The notes under the pieces are model-generated. The model did no database searches. It was not told where the DNA came from and was given only the letters and a program-made list of their open reading frames with translations. From assembly GCA_964036045.1 (NCBI GenBank), contig OZ038379.1, positions 2,418,001-2,482,000 on the forward strand: DNA of 64,000 nucleotides, written 5' to 3'. Below, one piece after another: positions 54,451 through 64,000 of this stretch (its first letter is position 1; every line of letters begins with the position of its first letter). This DNA is from Eutreptiella sp. 'Long Island Sound 2002' (taxonomy: Eukaryota; Protista; Euglenida). Both the position numbers and the translations under genes were made by a program.

Positions 54451-55373
54451 CTACACAATTTTCCAGTTAGTTCGATGGTTTGGTGTTGATGTTGCAAAAT
54501 GATTGTGGACTGGCTGTGGCACTACATACGAGTTTGTCGCAATGTGCGGCTGGAGGTGCTTTTTCTGTGGCAGCGGCTGCAATTGTCGTTGTGGCTGTGA
54601 CACTGGGTGTTGCACCTCACGATGTTCCGAATGTGGCAGATGTAGCTGCGACTGTGACTGTGCTTGTGGCTGTGAATGTGCCTGTGGCGGGAGTGGTTGT
54701 AGTGGCAGTGGCGGCCTTGCAAGCTTCAGATGGGGTTGTAGCGCTGAATTATACTGTTGCTGCAGCTGTTGCACAAGAGAAAGTTGGGTGTGCAGATTGG
54801 GTTCCTGCAATGGGTGTGAAGGTGACTGTGACTGCACTTGTGAGTGTGGCTGTGGTTGTGGTGGTTGCGGTGGCGGTGGTTGTGGCTGTTGCACCGAGTT
54901 GACCTGTGGCTGTTGTCCCTGTGGCTGTAGACATGAATGTGCGTGAAGCTTTAGCTGTACATGGGACTGTGACTAGGACTGTGGTTGTGCTTGTGGGTGT
55001 GAATGTGACTGTGAACGTGACTGTGAATGTGAATATGGCTGGAATAGAGTCTGTGGCGGTGCTTGCAGCTGTGGCTGGGGCTCATGTTGCACACCTTCGC
55101 ATTTTTCGGTGTGTAGCATGTACATTGGCACAGGGGATGGGGCGTGCGAGCGGCCAGGCCCTAGTTCCGGACGTAAAGGTTCCAACAGGACGTCGCCAGA
55201 AGCCGCAGTCAAGTCTTCTAATGATGGTTGCGGACATGGCTCCTAAAAAGGTTGTGCTTGCGGGTGTACAATGGACACCGGCTGTGCCACAGGCGGGCGC
55301 TGTCCATGTTGCTGGTTCTGAAGGAGGATGTCCTTTGCTGGCTGCACTGGCACCGTTGGGAAAACGTCTGTGA
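54451..55373 (-). other. Low-complexity Gln/Pro/Ser-rich region built from decayed hexamer repeats; coding status unknown
   Basis: Overlapping ORFs in several frames (Q/P-, C/G- and T/A-rich) indicate repeat origin; no domain recognised. Confidence 0.35.
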
Positions 55374-55673
55374 CGGACATGTCAGAATCGCTGCCTTTAG
55401 TCATCAAGCTGACCATCGCTGAACACATGCCAATAGAGAGGCACACATGGACTTGAAATGGGTTGGGTATCAGAGCTAGGGCTGTGTGACAAGATTTGGG
55501 GCGGGGAGGAATTCCGTTGGTGTCAACATGCAGTGGGCCATGAACCATGTTCGATCCGTGGTGGGGTGGGGTTGGTGGGGGGGCTAAAAATGAGACGGGC
55601 TGCAAGAAAAAAATTGCCCACACACAGGCACACAGGTAGCCTTTGTAATTTCCAATCAGGCACCGATCCAATT

Positions 55674-55765
55674 CGTAATCATTGATTGTGGTGTTCTCAA
55701 GCTCAAGCTCATGGAAATGTAGCCCGTAATCATTGATTGTGGTGTTCTCAAACTCATGCAAATGT
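55674..55765. repeat. 51-bp-period direct duplication
   Basis: CGTAATCATTGATTGTGGTGTTCTCAA at 55674 and 55725. Confidence 0.85.
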
Positions 55766-56419
55766 TGTGTTGTACTTTGTTAGTACCGTTGGTTGCGGTT
55801 GGTCTGTCCTTTTCTCAGATTTGGTTGTGTCTATTCCTTTGTTGGCCTTTGGCAGTTGGTGCAACACAACACACCCACCATGATACATGTTTCCAGCTGT
55901 TGCTGCAGGCCATGTGAAGAAGCCGTTCGTCTAATACACCCCTAGTTAGAGCTGAACGGCACCTGGAGATTGATGCACAGGTTGTCTCAGCAGGATCTTG
56001 ATGTGTAAAATAGTCTGTCAATTACGGCAAAGTGTCATTGCTTTGGGGTAAATGCAGGTTGCAATGTCTGCATTAGGCTCCAGCCGTGCCACACATTGAG
56101 CACCGTGACCGCAACGTAGCTGGCCCGATCCGAGTAATATTTGAAATCCCCAACAAATTGCTTGATGGACCCATCCTCACGTTCCTTCTAGTACTGCACT
56201 TGCGCCTCACGGGCCCGATCTTGGTAAACCGTTTGAGAGGGAAACATCGAATCTAAGGGTTTGAAGACACAGACCAAGCGTGTGCTCACACATTGCGGGT
56301 CGGTGATGGCTCGGCAAAGAAAACGGGACATGCTAAAAGGCATGGCTCAAAGCGCTTGCTTACACCCGTACACCCGTCCTCGAAAAATGAGAGCTGAAAA
56401 ATGTTGGCCCACATTCGAC

Positions 56420-57629
56420 CACGAGAGCGTTGGCGGACGATCCTTTCTCGCTCGTGGCAGGCAGGGGGGAAGGCAACCCCCGCATTTTTGCAGCCAAGGT
56501 GGTGACCAACACCAACCACACAAGCCCAATGAAGTATACGCGTGCACCGAGTTCTTGTCGGGTGGTCCAATGGGGCCTAAGCGAGATGCCCGATGCGACG
56601 CAAGCCCACTGGGGGCCGCGCTCTCAAGGAAGTGGCCACGGCAGTAAGTTCCAGCGTGCTGGCACTAAGAAGCGAGCAAGGGAGAGACATCTGCCCTCGC
56701 GTAGCGACTCAACCAAAAAAGGGACGCACCACGTTGTTAGGCGCCCGGACTAGGCCAGGATAAGGGGGCCAGCAAGGGGCCCTACACACCTCCATCCAAC
56801 ACGGGACAACACCGTCGACCCACCAACAACTCGCTCCTACGTGGAGATGGTCCGGTGAGTCGCGCTAAGAAGTGGGCAGCCAACAACGGCAAGTGGCCCA
56901 CCCCACGTCACCCGCTACATCCTACTCCCCCGCGTTCCCACACACACCCCACAACACCCATCCGCTCCCGGGGCAACATCAACACCCACCATGGCGTGGA
57001 GCCGCCCGCTGCTACCCAACAACAAACAACACCCGCCACAACCCACACCCGCGCGCGCCATGGGTGGCCAAGGGGACGCAACACGCGCAGCAAATGCATG
57101 AAGGAGAGGGTAAGGGGTTTTGGTTGCGCTCGCCAAGGGAAGGGCTGAGCGCGGGAACTTGGAGCTAAAAAGTTGTTATGTGCCCCTGTCGGGGAAACGA
57201 CCCCGCAAGTGGCCATCCTAGGGCCCACTACCCGCCGTTGGGGAGAAATACCTCACCGCCAGCTTGGGATGGCCGCTTGGGCGCACGTGGCCAACGGCGA
57301 AGGCATTTGCCTTCCTGTGCGTGGACTCGACGTAGAGAAGTGAAACAGGGCAAGTCCGGGGGCTCCGTTGGCACAACCAACCAAGGGAATGGAAAAGGAA
57401 AGGAATGGTGAGAGGCCGATTGGCACCACGGCCTATGGAGGGAAAGGAAAGGGAAGTAGAGAGGGAAGGTTAGGGCAGGGACGAAGAGGAAGGTCACATG
57501 GTGGTGAGAAGCCGATGGGCACCACCACCTATGGAGGGAAAGGGTCCAAGGGAAGGGCAGCGAATGGCGATCGGCCAGTAGGCGCCACTAGCTGCAGACG
57601 ACATCATCACACCATGGGGTCATGCCAAA
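56420..57629 (+). mobile_element. Long copy 3 of the C-tract retroposon (divergent 5' part; 5' end not defined)
   Basis: Colinear with 34480-35750, ends GGGGTCATGCCAAA followed by C14 (57630-57643). The left TSD was not found. Confidence 0.85.
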
Positions 57630-57719
57630 CCCCCCCCCCCCCCGTCCCCTCTAGGTCCCCCCCCCAACTGACCCCCCCCCCTTGGCCCTGAAAGTGGCAC
57701 TGAAGCGGGAAGGAGTTGG

Positions 57720-58450
57720 CGTACGGCCCATCGTCCTGACCCCCCCGTGACTCTCTCCCCCGACTGGCACCCCCAAAAGTTGTGCAAAAACATAAGAACC
57801 CACATGGACACGGGGTTATCAAAAAATTCAAAACGTACATCATCTAAGAAACAATCAATTGAGGTGTTCCGGAAAAATCTACTGGAAGCAGTACCAAACC
57901 GGTTTTATGTCTTACATACCTTGGGGATAGCCATGTACCGGCGGGACCTGGTCTTGTGCCTACTTTATTCAGGTCAAGGATGCAATACTGGATCGCCTCT
58001 AACACTACGGGTTTAGGGATATTGGGGAACATGTCCACCATATCATATTCTACCGCACAACATTGTTTCTCTTGTTCACTGGCTGTGGACATCGCCTCCC
58101 TCGGGAAAGGTATTGTATCTTCCCTGTTATGGATTTCGAGGTTCTCTGGTAACAGGGCCAACTAGTTGCAGAGAAATGAAAGGCACCGTGAGGCCCCACG
58201 GTGTCGCTAGATGCCCAAAGTCAGACACCAGCACACATCCCTTCAACACACCTTGCTTTTCAATTGACTTCCGCTTTACGTACCATGGTGCCGATGGGCT
58301 ACAAGGGGCATGCACCGTTGTTGTTAGTTTGTCCCTGGGTGATGCTGGGGGATGTTGGGAAAGCTTAGTCTTGTACCTGTGTCTGGACATATTTTACCCT
58401 TCCTTTCTTCGTCGCCTAACCTCAAAACTGGGGGGCTGCGGATATTGGGA
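57720..58450 (-). pseudogene. Penelope-like element RT relic
   Basis: APWYVKRKSIEKQGVLKGCVLVSDFGH (motifs 1-2), EYDMVDMFPNIPKPVVLEAI (D..sLftnIP), FAQLLGVPVGGES (Q..G.P.G). Confidence 0.75.
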
Positions 58451-58501
58451 AATCTGGTAGATAGTGATCCATTTGGTCTGTGGGCATCGTCTATGCATAA
58501 G

Positions 58502-58870
58502 TCAACCAGGTGCCCCCGGTAGCAACACAGGGAACACAGGGACCACAGGGGCCGCGGCGCCCGGCGCGTCCGCCACGTCCGCAGCCGCAGCCGCAGCCGC
58601 GTCCGCGTCCGCAGCGTGCGCCGCGGCCCCTGTGGCGTCCCCCACGGCCGCCGCCGCCGGGTCCGCCGGGTCCTCCTCGGTCGCGTGGGTCGTGGCCGCC
58701 ACCGCATGGTCCGCCGCCGCGACGGCATCTTCTGCGGCGTGCTCTTCTGCGGGGCATACCGTTCCCTCCCTCGGCGTCGCCTCCTCCACAGCCTTTCTTT
58801 TCTTTCGCTCAGCCCCCGACGGAGGCGAGCGCTTCGGCGGTGACCTTCTTGCTGAGCCGGTTGTGATCTC
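58502..58870 (-). CDS. Ala/Asp-rich terminal exon, probably of the LRR gene
   Basis: TTTTGTGCAG acceptor (phase 0), NLS-like RKKRK, GC-rich, TGA at 58504-58502; phase-compatible with the GTGAGT donor at 62399. Confidence 0.55.
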   Translation of the reverse strand, partial: EITTGSARRSPPKRSPPSGAERKKRKAVEEATPREGTVCPAEEHAAEDAVAAADHAVAATTHATEEDPADPAAAAVGDATGAAAHAADADAAAAAAADVADAPGAAAPVVPVFPVLLPGAPG

Positions 58871-58981
58871 CTGCACAAAAATGAAGTGGAGAAGGGTGCA
58901 GTCGGGGACATGGCATTCAACTGGTGAACACACACCCTCCACAGGATGGGCCACTGTGTTCGCATCGGCGTCATTTTTTCA

Positions 58982-59175
58982 TCAATATGTTCCAGTGTAT
59001 AACAGCGGGCAGGCCCTGAGGACTCCCTTCTCCATTTCTTGGATGTCCAGCATTGCTATCGATATGGCTTGGGGTATCAAGTCAAAGCATTTGGTGTAAT
59101 GAGTGCCCACCCCCACCAAGGGGGTCTTCAGGACGTGGGACAGCTCAATCAATCTCCACAACGACAAGGCTGTGT
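58982..59175 (-). pseudogene. LINE RT fragment (domain 3 region)
   Basis: LVGVGTHYTKCFDLIPQAISIAMLDIQEMEKGVLRA (D..KcFD.ip-like). Confidence 0.6.
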
Positions 59176-59194
59176 TGCCACTGTTGCCCTCAAT

Positions 59195-59700
59195 TCCGGG
59201 ACCCTCAAGATGGCAGGGGTTTTGCAGCCAATGAGCGTAGTTCTCAGCCCTAAAGAAGGCATGGCCTATCAATCCACTTTTGATTCTGCCCAAGTGTCAA
59301 GGGCGCCCAAGACGATAGCCATTAGGCAGCCCATTTGCCAACGTGTGGGCGCCCCAACTTCGGAGGATTGTACAATATGTAGCCACTTTTGTTTGATTGA
59401 AGTTGCACCTGTGGAACGCCACAGTTTGCAAGGCCTATGTAGCTAGTGTTCATTCCTACCTCGGGCACCCCCACAACGGCAAGCGTTGTTTACCCCCCTT
59501 GGGTTCCGTCTCTATTTCAAGGACCCCTAAGATAGGGGTTATGTTTCGGATTTGCCCACATGTGGGTCCTCAACACGGCAATGGTTATGTAGCCACTTTA
59601 ATTACCTCTCCAGTTTGGTGACCCCAAGAAGGCAACACTCGGTACCCAATTTGCCAACATGTCGGCCCCGAAGATAGCATGGGTTATGTAGCCATGTTTT
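59195..59700 (+). repeat. Degenerate array of the ~80-bp unit
   Basis: Recurrent TATGTAGCCA / GCCCACATGTGGG / GGGACCCC(T)AAGA motifs. Confidence 0.7.
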
Positions 59701-60999
59701 GGTTCCGTTTCCGTTTCCGTTCCGTTTCTGCTTTACATGGAGGCATCCTCATCCGAACGTAGTAGAGGGTAGCTGCCACCCATCCCGGAGGGATTCTCCA
59801 AGGCCCTATGGGACTCCCATCACAGGACCCCCATCAGAGCGGGGATTCAAGATCCTTTCTTCTGAGACCGGACTAGGTTGTGGGTGGGCGTGACCACACT
59901 AGAGGACTGGGACTCGTGTCCCGCGACTAGCTGCCGACCGGTGATCCAACGGGGGGCTGTCATAGGCCAGCAGTGAAAAAGCAGCCCATTGTTGCATATG
60001 ATGTGGAGAGATTTGTGCCCGTGACTCATGTTGTGCACATGCAAGCCGCAAGGAGGCAGTGCTTGACGCAGGACTAGATGTCAGCACCGCTTCGTGCACA
60101 CCGTTTGACGGGGGCTCTACGGTATACTAGAGTCCGTGTGAGATCGTTTGGTCGTCGGTTACAAGTGACGAGCCCCCTGGCATGCTACTCGCACTAGCGT
60201 GGCCAAGTAGGGGTCCACTTCCAGCGCGCTGGTGCCACTCGTGTTAAAGTGTGGTGCAAAGCTGTGTTGCTCCCCCCACCTCCACCCATAGCATGTTTTG
60301 GTCCCCGATGGTGCCACGTGTTGTTGCCGAGAAACCTAGGAGCCGGGCAAGTGCATCAAGGCGGCCCGTACCGCAGCCCTCCGGGCAGCCTCCTGTTCCG
60401 CAACCAATGCCTCCACAGGGCCGGCCCCCTCGTGCGGAATCAGTGTATATTACTTCATGCAATGCACCTACTATGCAGATCGGTGTGGAAGGCGCAAAAC
60501 GCTTGCGCCAACAAGCTTCAAGACCGGGTTGATGTTCGCCCCCCCCCCCCCCCGCCAACACACCCCACACTGGTCTACGCTGCAGTGTAGCAAGCAAAAC
60601 ACTGAACAATGTGGTTATGACCATGCGCCTGTGACACGGGGGCGTATGCGAGCCCAGTTTCCGTTGCCTCATGGCCAACACACCCCATCACACGCACAGT
60701 CATTCCCCCTTTCTCCTCAGTGCACAGACACTCAGCGCCCCAGATCCCACATCCAAAGGCAACCGGACAATGGCGTGGCGGGCGGGCGTTGGGGGTCACA
60801 CATCTCTACGCCCCAAAACACTCGCGTAGCGGCACGAGTCCTCGTTGTGGGGTGGTGTTGGCAATAATTGGAAGGGGTATCATGTGTGTTTTCTTTGTCG
60901 GCAGCTAGGGGGGGGGGGGGGGCGATGTCCATGTTTCTCCGGCCCGTGATAGCGTTACATAGTTCGGCAGTGTTTGCACTTTCAATCCACATCATTTCG

Positions 61000-62230
61000 C
61001 CCGCATTTGGGCCCCCAACACGGCACGGTTTATGTAGCCATCTTTTGTTGCTCTTACAAGTGTGGTGTATCAAATTAGCCCCATTGTGGTCCTCATAAGG
61101 GTATGACTCGAAGAGCCACCGTTCATTTAGTCCTCATTTTGGTACCCCCGAGATGCCACGGGATTCGTATGCATTTTGCCCACATAGGGGCTCCCAATAC
61201 GCTAAAGTTTAAGACGCCACTTTTCATTTTGTCTCCACTTCGGTGAACTCCAAGCGCAAAGCGGTTCTCTAGCCAACATGTCCACTTGTGCCCCCTCATG
61301 ATGGCAGGGCCTATTCAACCCCTTTTGATTCCGTCCCCACTCTAGGAAACCCCAAGGCTAGGGGGACATCCAACATAGCAGTGACTATGTAGGGCATTCG
61401 GCCACATGTGGGCCCTCAAGACAATGCAACTTATATAGCTCTTTTTGGTTCGGTCTCCGTTTTGGGGACCCTCAACATACCTAAGGTTTTTGTAGCCAAT
61501 TTGCCCACATGCGGTTCCCAACAGAATCCGGTTCGTGGAGCCACTTTTCACCCCGTCCCGCTTTAGGGATTTCGAAGTTGGTAGGGTTTATGCAGTAATG
61601 TTCGCTTGCATCCCCACTTTGGTAAGGCCCAAGACAACAAATGCCACGGTTAGAGTTAGGGTTCTGTTTAGGGAAGAGTTACGAAACAACTTTGCCCACG
61701 CATGGGCTCTCAGAAGGGCAAAGATAATGTAGCCCCTTTAATTGTGCCTGCAACTCGGAGACCCCCAAGAAGGATGGGTTTCTGTAGCCGATTTGCCTAC
61801 ATGTCGGCTTTGAAGGTAGCATGGGTTATGTAGCCATTTTTTTTGGTTCCATCTGCATTTTGGGGGCACCGGGCTTGCCGGGGTTTCCGAAGCCAATTGT
61901 AATGTGATACCCGTTGTGCTCAACCCCACGACCATAGCCGTTTTGTCGCCCATTTGTGGGCCACCAAGACGGTAGGGTTTGTCTCCCCATTTATCCGACG
62001 TGTGGTCCTCAGCTGGATACCGTTCCCATACCCACTCTTCGCTCTGTCTTTGCCTCCGGTAGCTCCAAGATGGAAACGTTTTTGTTGCCATTTCCCCCAC
62101 ACATTGGTTTCCCATACGGTGGGGTTCGTTTGTCGCCACTTTTGATTCCGTCTCCTCTCCTGCAAATCCCAAGACAATTGGGGCCATACTGCCAATTTGC
62201 CCCTCTATGGGGCTTCATCACGATAAGGCT
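61000..62230 (+). repeat. Long degenerate array of the ~80-bp unit
   Basis: Recurrent TATGTAGCCA, TTTGCCCACATG and GGGACCC motifs at roughly 80-bp spacing. Confidence 0.7.
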
Positions 62231-62399
62231 TATGTCTCCAACTGCTTGCAATTTGAGCCAATGTTCCTCAACTTTTCTTGTTGTTTACTTGGAGCTCATG
62301 TCTTTGGTTGAGTATGATACAACACAGCAACAACGGCGTTCAACGTTGCTGTGAGACAGCCAACTTCAAGCCTTGCACATCCAATGCCTCCAAACTCAC

Positions 62400-62731
62400 T
62401 TGCGTGCTGTGGGAAATCTTATTTCTCTCCAAGTTGAGGTCGAATATCCTCGGCATCAGGACAGTGCTGAAGTCAACAAGGGCGCTGGCACCACTGGACG
62501 CAATCATATTTCCCGCAAGGTCTAAACGGAGGCTGTCCAGCTGTGGTGCACCGAGGAGAGCCAAACATTTGGCGCCTTCATCCGTGACTTTATTGAACCT
62601 CAGGTTCAGATCAAGGTGACGAAGACATCTTGCTTCGTGTAGCCCTGCGAGGGCCTGAGCTCCCTTGTCTGAGATTTTGGGTCCTCGGTCCTTCCCTTCC
62701 AAATTTAGCTTCAGCGAACGGAGCCTTGGGG
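62400..62731 (-). CDS. Leucine-rich-repeat (RNI-like) protein exon
   Basis: PRLRSLKLNLEG...ISDKGAQALAGL..LRHLDLNLRFNKVTDEGAKCLALL..LDSLRLDLAGNMIASSGASAL: 3-4 L..L.L.L..N.i...Ga.aL repeats. Perfect GTGAGT donor after ...SHSTQ. The 5' boundary is uncertain (weak AG at 62733-62732, or frameshifted LRR upstream). Confidence 0.75.
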
Positions 62732-64000
62732 CTAATCATGGACCTTGGGGAGCCCAATTTTCTTCGGCTCCTTTTCGGTAAGTTGTTCGTCAGCTACCTC
62801 GGTGTCTATGCTATTAAAGCAGCAAGGGTGGCTGCAGCTAAACTTGCACTTTCTTTAGTGGTGTCCTTTCTTCTTCGCCTTTGTCGATGTGTGTGATCGG
62901 TTCTTAGATAAGCTTAGGGACCAGAGAGGGTAATGGCTTGAGTATAGGGCAGGGAATAGTAGTCATGCCAGAGTGCCTTGAATCACGGTGTGCTACCAAA
63001 GGTCTTCCCTCTGCTTTTGGTTTACTTAGTAAAATCAAGCAAGGGCATGCAGAAACAACAAGGCACAAAATCAACACCGAGAAGTGCAATTAGCTAGTAA
63101 TGTCCCCATAGATCAAAACATTGAATGCAACATAATAAAGGCTAAGGAATATATGAAAATACATTGAAATAATGCCGAAAATCACAATTCTTCAAATGGC
63201 CATTGGCACCTTAAAACTTCCAGTCATGCTCAGTGTGTCACCATATCATGACTTCCTAACGAGTGCATAACTCAGCACGAATGCATTCAAACATAGGCAT
63301 GTAGCCCCTCAAAACGATCCAGTGTTAATGAAAAGTACAATGCCACATATAACACTCATATATACAATGATAGGGACTGGGCAAACTAGTAATTAACTAC
63401 AAAGATGCAGAAATCAGAGGTAGAGCAATAGAAACATACGAGTAATTGGGCAGTTTTCAACAGAAGTCGCCCTACCCAATGGTCCGCAAGGAGTTCGGAG
63501 AATCGTGCTACTTTAGGGTTCTTGGGCAGCATTGTAGGTTCTGGAACGACAAATCCATCTCATAGGACGGATATTGCCTCTCCAAGGCAACCGGGACATC
63601 GGCAAACATGGCAGACCTTGTCACAATTTGCTTCAAGTGCTTCTCTAGGTACTTCGTCTTGCAACACTGGAGGACCATATCGTACTTGACGCACCCACTT
63701 GCGTGGGTTAGTCCGGTCATCCTCGGGAATCTGCCGAAGCTCTTGGCAAATTGACCTTCAAGGAGTCCAATTGCTTGCAATTGGCCAAATATGTCCGGTT
63801 TTCAGCGAAGAATTTTTTTTGAACTGGAGGTTTCTTTTAAATTATGTGGTCCCACATCTTGTCGTACAACAATGGGGCTCCGTCTTTTTGCCATCTCCTT
63901 TAACGATGGACCCAATGTTTTTGGAAAGTGGCCCTCAAACTAGTTGATCAAGTTGTTGGCCTTCGAAGAGTCGTGGAGTTGTTGATCATCCCATTATCCT

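Noticed and set aside
54480-54946. Cys-rich (metallothionein-like) or Val/Ala-rich proteins on the + strand
   Set aside because: These are alternative-frame readings of (TGTGGC/GGTTGT)n-type repeats.

Overview
Eukaryotic, repeat-dense nuclear DNA, most likely from a phototrophic euglenid (inference from a euglenid-type plastid presequence exon). No prokaryotic operons, rRNA or CRISPR were seen. One host gene can be rebuilt by hand: a DDX21/RH3-family DEAD-box RNA helicase with a GUCT-like C-terminus (+ strand, 8 exons, 21313-46503, 689 aa, 5'-partial, all GT-AG introns, one of 11.8 kb). A probable LRR-protein gene lies on the - strand (62731-62400 + 58870-58502), and a SAM-domain ORF is cut by the window start. 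The rest is nested mobile DNA: a 1602-bp x 4.6 tandem array, two hAT-like MITEs with 8-bp TSDs, two Mutator-like elements, an ~80-bp hairpin minisatellite, and decayed LINE and Penelope-like RTs. The most unusual signal is a non-LTR retroposon family with at least 6 co-oriented copies. It shows no recognisable RT, its TSDs begin with poly-C where they can be seen (4 copies), and its 5' ORF encodes an HPD J-domain followed by a possible ASCH/PUA-like domain. All domain calls are by-eye motif recognition; no database search was run.
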